A DNA stretch of 64,000 nucleotides. Source: a bacterium (GTDB taxonomy: Bacteria > UBP6 > UBA1177 > JAKLFG01). The notes under the pieces were generated by a model. The model worked only from the letters and a program-made list of their open reading frames with translations. It was not told where the DNA came from and ran no database searches. The stretch is taken from positions 3,726-67,725 of the forward strand of contig JAKLFG010000006.1 in assembly GCA_022711315.1 (NCBI GenBank). Direction: 5' to 3'. The position numbers were made by a program, and so were the translations under genes. Numbering within the stretch: the first letter of the stretch is position 1; every line of letters begins with the position of its first letter. Shown here one piece after another: positions 15,890 to 25,600 of this stretch.

Positions 15890-17500
15890 ATGGAACTCAT
15901 CAGCCAGCATGTGAAAGGCATCATGGAGGAGTGCAAGCGCCGCGCCCGCGCCGCCGGCCTCTCCTTCGACAACGAATCGCTCGAATACATCGTCACCAAC
16001 CGCGACATGATCGAACTGTCGCCCAAGGTCATGATCCCGACCCTCTACGACTACTGGGCCAACGATGTCGAGGTGCTCAAGGAGCAGGGCAAGTACAAAC
16101 TCTACCCGTCGAACCCCTACGAAACGGTCATCAACTCGCGCCCCGCGATCTCGTTCTACAACGACAACAACCCCGACTGGCTCAATGTCATGATCTTCTA
16201 CCATGTCCTCGGCCATGTCGACATGTTCCAGAACAATATCCTCTTCAAGAACACCTGGAACGACGACTTCGTCGGGCAGGCGCTCGCCGACAAACGGCTC
16301 ATCGCGAACCTGCGGAGCGAATACGGCCGCTGGGTCGACTATGTGATAGAATTCGCGCGCGGCATCGACAACATCACCGGCTACTTCTCCGAGATGGCCG
16401 AGCGCGAATATCCCGCCGAACTCGATCCTTCTGCGCGGACCGCCTTCTACTTCGGCCCGTTCCTGCAGGAGCTCGTGAAACTGCCGACGGCCGACTACTA
16501 CCGCGAACTGGATAAGTATAACAAATTGGTGGACGAGAAGGGGACCGCGGCCGAAGAGCTGTTCTTCACCGAGGTGCGCGGCCGCTATCCCGAGTTCGTC
16601 GCGAAGTTCGAGCGGCAGGGAGCAAAGAAAGAGACGCGCTACCACGACCTCCTGCAGTTCATCCACGACCGCTCGCCGTTCCTCAAGAAAGAGGAGAACG
16701 GCTGGATGCGGTCGGTGCTCCAGATCGTCCGCAACACGGCGCTCTACTTCCAGCCGCAGATCCGTTCGAAGATACTCAACGAGGGGTGGGCGAGTTACTG
16801 GCACGAGGAACTGTTCCTGCGCGACGAGCGGATCGTCGGCCACGAATCGGACTACGCCCGGGTCAACTCCGGAGTGACGAGCATCAGCCGCGTCGGGCTC
16901 AACCCGTACGCCGTCGGCCTCCGGCTCATCCGCTGGGTCGAGGAACTGGCCGACAAGGGAAAGATGTCGCGCCGTTTCCAGCAGATACACGACGCGAACC
17001 TCCGCGAGGCGTTCAACGAAAAGACCGGCGCCGGGAAGAAGGCGATATTCGCCCTGCGCGACAACTTCAGCGACTTCATGCTCATCAACACCTTCGTCGA
17101 TCAGGAGTTCGTCGACCGGTTCGACCTGTTCGTCGTGGGCAAGCGGCTTGATGAGGCGCGCGGCGTCTGGCAGTACTACATCAAGTCGCGCAAGGCCGAC
17201 GACTACAAGCAGATGCTCCTCGAACACCTCTACCATCCGCCGGTCATCGAGGTGGCCGAGGAACGGACCAGCGACAAGTGCCTCGCGCTCACCCACCGGT
17301 TCGAGGGGAAACAACTGGTGAAGGATTTCATCGGCGAAACCCTCATCGGCATCGAGTTCCTCTGGGGCGGCGAGGTGACGCTCGACACCACCGAGATAAC
17401 GCTCAAGAAACCCGAAAATGAGGGCGACGCCCCCGAACGCGAATACCATCCGGTCCGCTACCACTGCGCGAACCGCAAGATAGTGAGAGAAACGCTCTGA
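15890..17500 (+). CDS. SpoVR family protein
   Basis: 536 aa. ...NDNNPDWLNVMIFYHVLGHVDMFQNN... and ...ILNEGWASYWHEELF... are typical SpoVR/YcgB motifs. Confidence 0.85.
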   Translation: MELISQHVKGIMEECKRRARAAGLSFDNESLEYIVTNRDMIELSPKVMIPTLYDYWANDVEVLKEQGKYKLYPSNPYETVINSRPAISFYNDNNPDWLNVMIFYHVLGHVDMFQNNILFKNTWNDDFVGQALADKRLIANLRSEYGRWVDYVIEFARGIDNITGYFSEMAEREYPAELDPSARTAFYFGPFLQELVKLPTADYYRELDKYNKLVDEKGTAAEELFFTEVRGRYPEFVAKFERQGAKKETRYHDLLQFIHDRSPFLKKEENGWMRSVLQIVRNTALYFQPQIRSKILNEGWASYWHEELFLRDERIVGHESDYARVNSGVTSISRVGLNPYAVGLRLIRWVEELADKGKMSRRFQQIHDANLREAFNEKTGAGKKAIFALRDNFSDFMLINTFVDQEFVDRFDLFVVGKRLDEARGVWQYYIKSRKADDYKQMLLEHLYHPPVIEVAEERTSDKCLALTHRFEGKQLVKDFIGETLIGIEFLWGGEVTLDTTEITLKKPENEGDAPEREYHPVRYHCANRKIVRETL

Positions 17501-17525
17501 GAAAGAACAACAGGAGGTCCGGTAC

Positions 17526-19256
17526 ATGAGAACGCATACCTGCGGAGAACTCCGGCTGACCGATGCCGGTAAAGGCGCGACGCTGTCGGGCTGGGTCGTA
17601 TCGAAGCGCGAATTCGGTCCCTTCATCTTCATCATGCTGTGGGACCGCTACGGCCAGACGCAGGTGGTCTTCGAGGAACCGCTCCTCGTCGAGGAGGCGA
17701 AGAAACTGTCGCTGGAGGATGTCGTAAAGGTCGAAGGGTTCGTCCGCGACCGCGGCGACAATCGCACCGACAAATACCCGACCGGCGCGATAGAGGTGAA
17801 GGCGGCGTCGCTTGAACTACTCAACCCCAGTAAGCCGCTCCCCTACGACCACCGCAAGGAGGCGGCCGATACGCTGAAACTCAAATACCGCTACCTCGAT
17901 ATCCGCAAGTCGGAACTGCTCCAGACGCTCGTCGCCCGCTCGAAGATGGCCAAGGCGGTGCGCGACTACATGGACGGGCAGGCTTTCGTCGAGGTCGAAA
18001 CGCCGATACTCGGCAAGTCGACCCCCGAGGGGGCGAAGGAATATCTGGTTCCGAGCCGGCTGCACCACGGGCTGTTCTATTCCCTGCCGCAGTCGCCGCA
18101 GTCGTTCAAACAGATATGCATGATCGGCGGTATCGATCGCTACTATCAGATGGCCAAGTGTTTCCGCGACGAAGACCTGCGCGCCGACCGCCAGCCCGAA
18201 TTCACCCAGATAGACATCGAGATGTCCTTCATCACCGAGGACGACATCATGACGCTGTCGGAAGGGCTCATCGCCCATCTGTTCAAGGCGGCAAAGGGTA
18301 TCGATATCCCGCGTCCCTTCAAACGGATGCCCTACCGCGAGGCGATGGAGCGTTACGGTTCCGACAAGCCCGACACCCGCTACGGGCTCGAGTTCATCGA
18401 TATGCGCGATACCTTCCGCGCTTCAGGCTTCAATGCCTTTAAAACGGCGGCCGAGGACCCGAAAAAGAGCGTGAAGGCGATAGTGCTCGAAGGTAAGGGG
18501 GCCGAACTCTCCAAGAATCGCATCAAGGCGATGGAGAAGGATGTGCAGGGCGACGGCGCGAAGGGTCTGGCGTGGGTGAAGAAAGAGAACGGCGCGCTCG
18601 ACAGTCCGCTCCTCAAGTTCTTCTCGCCCGCCGAACTGGAAAGACTCTCGGCGCTCATTCCCGACGGCGCGGTGATGTTCCTCATCGCCGACGAAACGGG
18701 GATCGTCCGGACGGCGCTCGGCAATCTGCGGCGGCGGCTTGCGGCCGAATTCAACCTGTACGACAAGAACGGCTTCGCCTTCCTGTGGGTCACCGAGTTT
18801 CCCGCATTCGAACACAGTGCGGAAGAGGATAAATGGGTCGCGACGCACCATCCCTTCACCGACTTCGACCTCGAAACGGCGCGGAAGGGCGACATGGCCC
18901 ATGTGTCGAGCCGCGCCTACGACATGGTGATAAACGGCTACGAGGTGGGGGGCGGTTCCATCCGCATCCACAACACCGCCAAGCAGGCGGAGGTATTCAA
19001 ACTGCTCGGCATCGAACCGCAGGAGGCGCAGGAGAAGTTCGGGTTCCTGCTCGAAGCGCTTGAACTCGGCGCTCCGCCGCACGGCGGCATCGCCTTCGGG
19101 TTCGACCGGCTCGTGATGATACTGACCGGCATCGACAACATTCGCTCGGTCATCGCCTTCCCCAAGACGACGAGCGCGTCCTGCCTCATGACCGGCAGTC
19201 CTTCGGGCGTGTCTCAGAAACAACTCGACGAACTGGCCATCAAGCCGGTCGGCTGA
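17526..19256 (+). CDS. aspS: Aspartate--tRNA ligase
   Basis: 576 aa. MRTHTCGELR start, class II motifs FRDEDLRADRQPEFTQID and GGGSIRIH...GLDRLVM-like GFDRLVMIL. Confidence 0.92.
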   Translation: MRTHTCGELRLTDAGKGATLSGWVVSKREFGPFIFIMLWDRYGQTQVVFEEPLLVEEAKKLSLEDVVKVEGFVRDRGDNRTDKYPTGAIEVKAASLELLNPSKPLPYDHRKEAADTLKLKYRYLDIRKSELLQTLVARSKMAKAVRDYMDGQAFVEVETPILGKSTPEGAKEYLVPSRLHHGLFYSLPQSPQSFKQICMIGGIDRYYQMAKCFRDEDLRADRQPEFTQIDIEMSFITEDDIMTLSEGLIAHLFKAAKGIDIPRPFKRMPYREAMERYGSDKPDTRYGLEFIDMRDTFRASGFNAFKTAAEDPKKSVKAIVLEGKGAELSKNRIKAMEKDVQGDGAKGLAWVKKENGALDSPLLKFFSPAELERLSALIPDGAVMFLIADETGIVRTALGNLRRRLAAEFNLYDKNGFAFLWVTEFPAFEHSAEEDKWVATHHPFTDFDLETARKGDMAHVSSRAYDMVINGYEVGGGSIRIHNTAKQAEVFKLLGIEPQEAQEKFGFLLEALELGAPPHGGIAFGFDRLVMILTGIDNIRSVIAFPKTTSASCLMTGSPSGVSQKQLDELAIKPVG

Positions 19257-19281
19257 CGACCGTCGCCGTATAACGGTTCCC

Positions 19282-19309
19282 TTTACATTTCGGGACTATT
19301 CGCTATGAT
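19282..19309 (+). promoter_or_regulatory. Putative sigma70 promoter of clpS-clpA-aat
   Basis: TTTACA-N16-TATGAT, about 30 nt upstream of ATG 19340. Confidence 0.4.
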
Positions 19310-19339
19310 GTCCCCGTTCAAACGGAGGATGTCCCGACC

Positions 19340-19657
19340 ATGGGGAACAACCCGGCGACCGGTCCGTTGACCGGAGTAAAGACCCGCGACGAGGCGCGGA
19401 CGAAGGAGCCGTCGCTCTACCGCGTTCTTCTGCACAACGACGACTTCACGACGATGGACTTCGTGGTGCAGATACTCGTGCAGGTGTTCCAGCGGTCGGC
19501 GGCCGAGGCGACGCAACTTATGCTCGATGTTCACCACAAAGGGGTCGGCACCGCGGGCGTCTACACCTACGATATCGCGATGTCCAAGGTGATACAGGCG
19601 CATCAACTGGCGGAGGAACACCGGTTCCCGCTTCGCTGTACCGTCGAAAAGGCGTGA
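19340..19657 (+). CDS. clpS: ATP-dependent Clp protease adaptor ClpS
   Basis: PSLYRVLLHNDDFTTMDFVVQILVQVF...MLDVHHKGVGTAGVYTYDIA. Confidence 0.9.
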   Translation: MGNNPATGPLTGVKTRDEARTKEPSLYRVLLHNDDFTTMDFVVQILVQVFQRSAAEATQLMLDVHHKGVGTAGVYTYDIAMSKVIQAHQLAEEHRFPLRCTVEKA

Positions 19658-19658
19658 G

Positions 19659-21938
19659 GTGGCCATGAAACTCGATCGGAAACTCAACAACATCATTCTC
19701 GGCGCCTTTTACGAGGCGAAGCAGGGCAAGCACGAGTTCGTGACGCCGGAGCATGTCCTGTATTCGCTCCTGTTCTCGCAGGAAGGCATGGAGATCATCG
19801 AGGGGGTCGGCGGCAACATCGAGGTGCTGCGCGGCGAGGTCAAGAAGTTCCTCGAAACGATGGTGCCGCGCGTCGCGTCGGGCGAACTGCTGCAGTCCTA
19901 TTCGTTCCAGCACCTGCTCGAACTCGCGGCCCACCGCGCGAGTTCGGCGGGCAAGAAGCAGGTCGAGGTGACCGATATCGTCGTGTCGCTGTTCGACTGC
20001 GAGGAGAGTCACGCCGCCTATTACCTGACGCGGCAGGGGATCGAGCAGTTCGATGTCATGAAGTTCATATCCCACGGGCTCGGCGCGCTCAGCGAAGAGG
20101 TGGCGCACGAACACGAACAGACCGATCGGGAGGCGGCCCGCCCGCCGCGCAAAAAGGAAAAGGATCGTGATCGGGAGAAGGATGAGGGCGAGCCCAAGGG
20201 GGGCATCGAATCGTACGCGGTCGATCTCACCGCGCTCGCCGAGAAGAAGGCGCTGGAGCCGCTCATCGGTCGCGCCGACATACTGACGCGCACCATGCAG
20301 GTGCTCTGCCGCAAAACGAAGAACAACCCCATCGTCGTCGGTGAGCCGGGGGTCGGCAAGACCGCCATCAGCGAGGGGCTCGCCCAGCGCATCGTCGCGG
20401 GGACCGTGCCCGCGCCGCTCAAGGATCACCGGATGTTCCGGATAGACATGGGCTCGATGCTCGCCGGGACCAAGTACCGCGGCGACTTCGAGGCGCGCAT
20501 GAAAAAGGTCCTGAGTTCGCTCGCCCAGCGCGAGAAGGTCATCATCGTGATAGACGAGATACATACCATCGTCGGCGCGGGTGCCGTGTCGGGCGGCTCG
20601 ATGGATGCGTCGAACCTGCTCAAACCCATCCTCACCACCGGACGGCTCAAGTGCATCGGTTCGACCACCCACGAGGAGTACCGCAAATATTTCGAAAAGG
20701 ACCGCGCGCTCAGCCGCCGGTTCCAGAAGATCGATCTGCCCGAGACGACCATAGAGGAGACGGTCGACATACTCAAAGGGATACGCTCCCGTTACGAGGA
20801 ATACCATGCGGTCAAGTACACCGACGACGCGCTCCGCGCGGCGGCCGAACTGTCGGCCCGGTATGTCACCGAACGGTTCCTCCCCGACAAGGCGATAGAC
20901 CTCGTCGATGAGGCGGGTGCCTTCACCCGCATATCGGGAGAGGATCGCAAGACCATCGAGGTGTCGGACATCGAACGGGTGGTGGCGCTCGTCGCGCGGA
21001 TACCCGAAAAGACGGTGAGTTCGGGCGAAGGGGAGAAACTGCAGGGGCTCGAGTCGGCGCTGAGACGGCAGATATTCGGTCAGGACGGTGCGGTGCATGC
21101 GGTCGTCGAGGCGATCAAACGGTCGCGCGCCGGCTTCGGGCGGCCCGAACGGCCGGTGGCGTCATTCCTCTTCATCGGCCCGACCGGCGTCGGCAAGACC
21201 GAACTGGCGCGGCAACTCGCCCGCGAACTCGGCGTCACGCTCCACCGGTTCGACATGTCGGAGTATCAGGAAAAGCATACCGTGAGCCGGCTCGTCGGCG
21301 CGCCGCCCGGCTATGTGGGCTACGAGGAGGGAGGGCTCCTCACCGAGACGATACGCAAGACGCCGCACGCGGTGCTCCTGCTCGACGAGATAGAGAAGGC
21401 GCACGCCGACATCTACAACACGCTCCTGCAGATCATGGACTACGCGACGCTCACCGACAACGCGGGGCGCAAGGCCGATTTCCGCAATGTCATCATCATC
21501 ATGACCTCGAACGCCGGCGCGCGCGAGATCGGCAAGGCGGTCCCCGGGTTCGGCGAGCGGGCGCTGGATGGCGGTGAACTTGACCGCGCCGTCGAGCGGA
21601 TATTCTCGCCCGAGTTCCGTAACCGGCTCGACCGCGTCGTCCGGTTCGAGCGGCTCGACCTCGACATCATCACCGACATCGTGAAGAAGCAGATAGCGGA
21701 ATTCGCCGAGCAGTTGCGCGAGAAGAAGGTCGAACTCACCGTCACCGCGGCGGCTTACCGCCATCTCGCCGAGCGCGGGTTCTCGAAGGAGTTCGGCGCC
21801 CGCGAGGTGGGGCGGCTCATACAGGAAGAGGTCAAGGACTTCTTCGTGGACGAGGTGCTGTTCGGGCGTCTTCGCAACGGCGGCAAGGCCCGCGCGATAT
21901 TCCGTGGCGGCCGGTTCTCCATCGAGGTGGTCTCCTGA
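19659..21938 (+). CDS. clpA: ATP-dependent Clp protease ATP-binding subunit ClpA
   Basis: 759 aa. Two AAA+ modules (GEPGVGKT, GPTGVGKT). No ClpB-type long middle domain. Start is GTG 19659 or ATG 19665. Confidence 0.9.
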   Translation: MAMKLDRKLNNIILGAFYEAKQGKHEFVTPEHVLYSLLFSQEGMEIIEGVGGNIEVLRGEVKKFLETMVPRVASGELLQSYSFQHLLELAAHRASSAGKKQVEVTDIVVSLFDCEESHAAYYLTRQGIEQFDVMKFISHGLGALSEEVAHEHEQTDREAARPPRKKEKDRDREKDEGEPKGGIESYAVDLTALAEKKALEPLIGRADILTRTMQVLCRKTKNNPIVVGEPGVGKTAISEGLAQRIVAGTVPAPLKDHRMFRIDMGSMLAGTKYRGDFEARMKKVLSSLAQREKVIIVIDEIHTIVGAGAVSGGSMDASNLLKPILTTGRLKCIGSTTHEEYRKYFEKDRALSRRFQKIDLPETTIEETVDILKGIRSRYEEYHAVKYTDDALRAAAELSARYVTERFLPDKAIDLVDEAGAFTRISGEDRKTIEVSDIERVVALVARIPEKTVSSGEGEKLQGLESALRRQIFGQDGAVHAVVEAIKRSRAGFGRPERPVASFLFIGPTGVGKTELARQLARELGVTLHRFDMSEYQEKHTVSRLVGAPPGYVGYEEGGLLTETIRKTPHAVLLLDEIEKAHADIYNTLLQIMDYATLTDNAGRKADFRNVIIIMTSNAGAREIGKAVPGFGERALDGGELDRAVERIFSPEFRNRLDRVVRFERLDLDIITDIVKKQIAEFAEQLREKKVELTVTAAAYRHLAERGFSKEFGAREVGRLIQEEVKDFFVDEVLFGRLRNGGKARAIFRGGRFSIEVVS

Positions 21939-21941
21939 CCC

Positions 21942-22637
21942 ATGGTCTACCAGATAACCCGTGACCGCATCGCCTTTCCCGACCCGCGGCTCGCCGAGGA
22001 TGACGGCCTGCTCGCCATCGGCGGCGATCTTTCGGTCGATCGGCTTCTCGCCGCCTACCGGCAGGGGATCTACCCGTGGTACACCGACGAATATCCGATA
22101 CTCTGGTGGAGCCCCGATCCACGGTTCGTCCTTTTCCCGGAGGAACTCAAGGTGTCGCGGTCGATCGCCAAAATCCTGCGGCATAACGACTTCCGGGTGA
22201 CGGTCAACCGGGCCTTCCGGCAGGTCGTTCGATCCTGCGCCAAGGTGCCGCGCCGCGGACAGCAGGGGACCTGGATAACGGCCGACATGATAGCGGCCTA
22301 CCAGCGGCTGTTCGAAAAAGGCCATGCCGTCAGCGTCGAATCGTGGCTGGGTGACGAACTGGCGGGCGGGCTCTACGGCGTCATCATCGGGCGGTGTTTC
22401 TTCGGCGAGTCAATGTTCGCGTGGGAACCGAACGCGTCGAAGATCGCCTTCGTCAAGTTCGTCGGATTTTTGAGGGAGAACGGCATCCGCGTCATAGACT
22501 GTCAGATGCGCACCGCGCACCTCGAGCGGTTCGGTGGCCGGTTCATACCGCTCGCGCACTTTCTCGACATACTTTCCGGTGGTTGTGACGAACCGATGCC
22601 CGTCTGGCCCGTTTCCCTGTGGCCCGAAAAAACTTGA
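21942..22637 (+). CDS. aat: Leucyl/phenylalanyl-tRNA--protein transferase
   Basis: DGLLAIGGDLSVDRLLAAYRQGIYPWY...PILWWSPDPR and GESMF motifs. 231 aa. Confidence 0.9.
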   Translation: MVYQITRDRIAFPDPRLAEDDGLLAIGGDLSVDRLLAAYRQGIYPWYTDEYPILWWSPDPRFVLFPEELKVSRSIAKILRHNDFRVTVNRAFRQVVRSCAKVPRRGQQGTWITADMIAAYQRLFEKGHAVSVESWLGDELAGGLYGVIIGRCFFGESMFAWEPNASKIAFVKFVGFLRENGIRVIDCQMRTAHLERFGGRFIPLAHFLDILSGGCDEPMPVWPVSLWPEKT

Positions 22638-22661
22638 AGCGATTTTTCCGCACGATATAAT
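22634..22661 (+). promoter_or_regulatory. Putative sigma70 promoter of the 1300-aa lipoprotein gene
   Basis: TTGAAG-N16-TATAAT, about 40 nt upstream of ATG 22700 (GAGGAGGG SD). Confidence 0.45.
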
Positions 22662-22699
22662 ACACCGTCTTTGCGCGATAACCGAATGAGGAGGGTATC

Positions 22700-25600
22700 A
22701 TGAAATGGTTCACGATGATCGCCGTCCCGGCGATGTTCACGGTCCTGTTCCTTTCCTGCGAGGGGACCAAGACCACCACACAGGACAAGGACATTCCCCT
22801 CGGCGATGAGGACTCGCTTCTTACCGACGAGTCGGTGACCGACGAGGAGGAGCCCGAGGGCGAGGAGACGGTCAAGGATGACGGTCCGGTCGCCAAGGAC
22901 GACGGCCCGGTGGCCAAGGATGACGGCCCGGTGGTGACCGATGATGCTCCGGTGGTGACCGATGACGGCACGGTCGAACCGGATGAGGATATCGTGGTGA
23001 CCGACGACATCGTCACCGACGATGTGGTGACCGATGATGTCGTTACCGACGATGTGGTCACTGACGATGTGGTGACCGATGATGTTCAGCCCGACGACGA
23101 TCAGATAGGGACCTTCACGATCGGCTGGTGTAACCTGCAGTACCCGGCGGATGCCACGGCAACGCAGGGCGACCATGTGACCTTCTATGCCCGCCTCTAC
23201 ATCGCAGGGCTGACCGACCTGACCGCCGAGGTCGATACCAACGCGCAGGTCATCGGCCAGTTGAGCGGGAACCCCTCATCGGGCGTCGATGCGGCGACCT
23301 GGCCCGCCGACGGCTGGCTCGATCTGTTACCCAATCCGGACAATGAGACGGCGGTGGCCATCGGTAACAACGATGAATACATGCTCGAGGTCCCGGTCAT
23401 GGCCGACCCCGGTGTCATGGACATCACGGTACGATTCTCGGGTGACGGTGGTGCCACCTGGACCTACTGCAACGCGAACCGCGAGGGGAGCGCGGGATAC
23501 AACGGCACCGACGCCGAAAATCCGTACGACCCCGCGAAACACGGCCACCTGACGGTCGAGGCGGCCTACGAAGATCCGTGCGACGGGGACAACCCCTGCG
23601 ATGAACCGAACCGTTCGGTCTGCACAGACGCGAATACGGATGGCGTCGCCGAGTGCGGGTGCGACGAGAACTATACGCTTGACGGCGGCGACACCTGTAT
23701 CAACGAGAAATTCGTCGACTGCGCCGCGAACCCGTCCAAGCCGCAGAACAGCCACGATGTCATAACGCAGGTGAAGATAAACTACACGACGCTTGGCGAC
23801 TGGGGCGACCCCGAACTGTGCACCGATTGGGACTGCAATGCGACCCACCATTGGAACGAGGACGCGGAGGCCTGCCTTGAGACGCTTACGATCGGCTGGT
23901 GCAACACCCAGTGGCCGACCGATGCGTCGTGGTACCGCGGCGAGGAGGTCGCGGTCTACGGGCGTCTCTATATCGCGGGGACCACCGATCAGACTCTTGA
24001 TGTGGATGAGGCGCCCCAACTTATCGTGCAGATCGGCTCGTCGCCGACCGGGACGAGTGCGACCGACTGGATGTACTGGGGAGCGATGGAGCCGAATCCC
24101 GACAGTAGTGTCGCTCCCGGCATAGGCGAGGATGAGGACGAGTACCGGTACATCGGCGCGGTGATCGAATCGCTCGGCGACTGGGACCACCTCGTCCGCG
24201 TGTCGGGCGACAGTGGCGCGACCTGGACCTACTGCAACGCGAATCGTCCGGGTGATGGGTATAACGGGACCGACTCGGACAATCCGTACGATCTTACCAA
24301 GAACGGCCACTTCACGGTGACCAGTCCGTGCGGCGAAGGGTTCTGCAACGAAGCGAACAAGACGGTCTGCGACGACAGCGACAGTGAGCCGTTCTACACC
24401 TGCTCCTGCGACGAACACTACAACGACAACGATGCCGATGGCGACTGCGATCTCGATACCCAACTGGTCGCCTGCACCAATTCTCTTCCTGCGAACGCTG
24501 TCTGGCGCACGGAAGGGATATACGGCGGCGGCAAACTGACGCAGACATGGAATGATGGCTGGGAACCGGAGGCCGATACCTGCCCGTGGGATTGCGATGA
24601 CGGCTATCATCAGGAAGGCGAGACCTGCGTTTCGAATGATCCGCGGACCGCGCCGTGTGTCGACAACAAACCGTCGTTGAACAGCCACTGGGTCGCCGAG
24701 GGCGACTACAACGGGGACGGCACGGTGAATCAAACGTGGACCGGGACGGCGTGGCAGCCGCCGGCCGACGAATGTCCGTGGGCATGCGATGTCGACCATC
24801 ATTTCAGATATGATCCGTTATGGGGGCCGTTCTGCGATCCCGACACGCGGACGGTCGCCTGCACCAACGAACTCCCCTTGGGTGCACAATGGACCGCAGG
24901 TGGGGTGTATGACGGTGAGGGGAACCTGACCCAGACATGGGATGCGGGTGTTTGGGGTCCGGCGACCGACACCTGCCCGTCGGAGTGTCCGTCGGATACT
25001 CACTGGAACGGCGCAGCCTGCGCTCCTAACAGCCGGTTCGTGGGGTGTGGTTTCGATCTTCCGGCGAACGCGACATGGGTGGCGGACCTGCCGACATATG
25101 ATGGTTTTGGTAACTTGAACCAGACCTGGAATCCTGAGACCACGGAATATGAGCCGGGCGACATGACCTGTCCGTTCAATTGCACCGAGCCGGGTTACCA
25201 CCCGAACACCGAGGTCAACAAATGCCTGCTGACCTATGCGGTCGGCTGGTGCAACACGCAGTCGCCGACCTTTCATAACGGGATGTTCGATTCCTGGCTC
25301 GATGTGTACGGACAGTTGTGGATAGACGGCGTGACCAACCTCAGCGATATCAACAATACCGAGCACACGATAGCGCCCTACCTGCCGCAGATAAAGGCGC
25401 AACTGGGTGCCGGTCGCCGCGACACCACGCCGGGCGTAGATAAATGGGACTGGCTGGACGCCATCCCGAACGAGGATTACGGCAACAACGACGAGTACAT
25501 GCTCCATGTGCAGTTGCATCTTCCTCCCGCGCTCTACGATTATGCCTACCGTTTCTCGGGCGACAGCGGTCAGACATGGACCTACTGCGACCTGAACGGG

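Noticed and set aside
15890-17500. SpoVR as evidence for endospore formation
   Set aside because: SpoVR homologs are common in non-sporulating Gram-negative bacteria. No other sporulation genes are in the window, and the cell envelope genes are clearly diderm.
15737-17635. 632-aa minus-strand ORF
   Set aside because: It is antisense to the well-supported SpoVR gene and the start of aspS. The composition is R/E/V/L/H/D-rich and it has no recognisable domains. It is a shadow ORF.
22877-23102. Regularly spaced 21-nt and 15-nt repeats that could look like a CRISPR-like or minisatellite array
   Set aside because: The units are contiguous with no spacers and in frame. They encode DDGPVAK/VVTDD linker repeats inside a long ORF. 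No cas genes are present.
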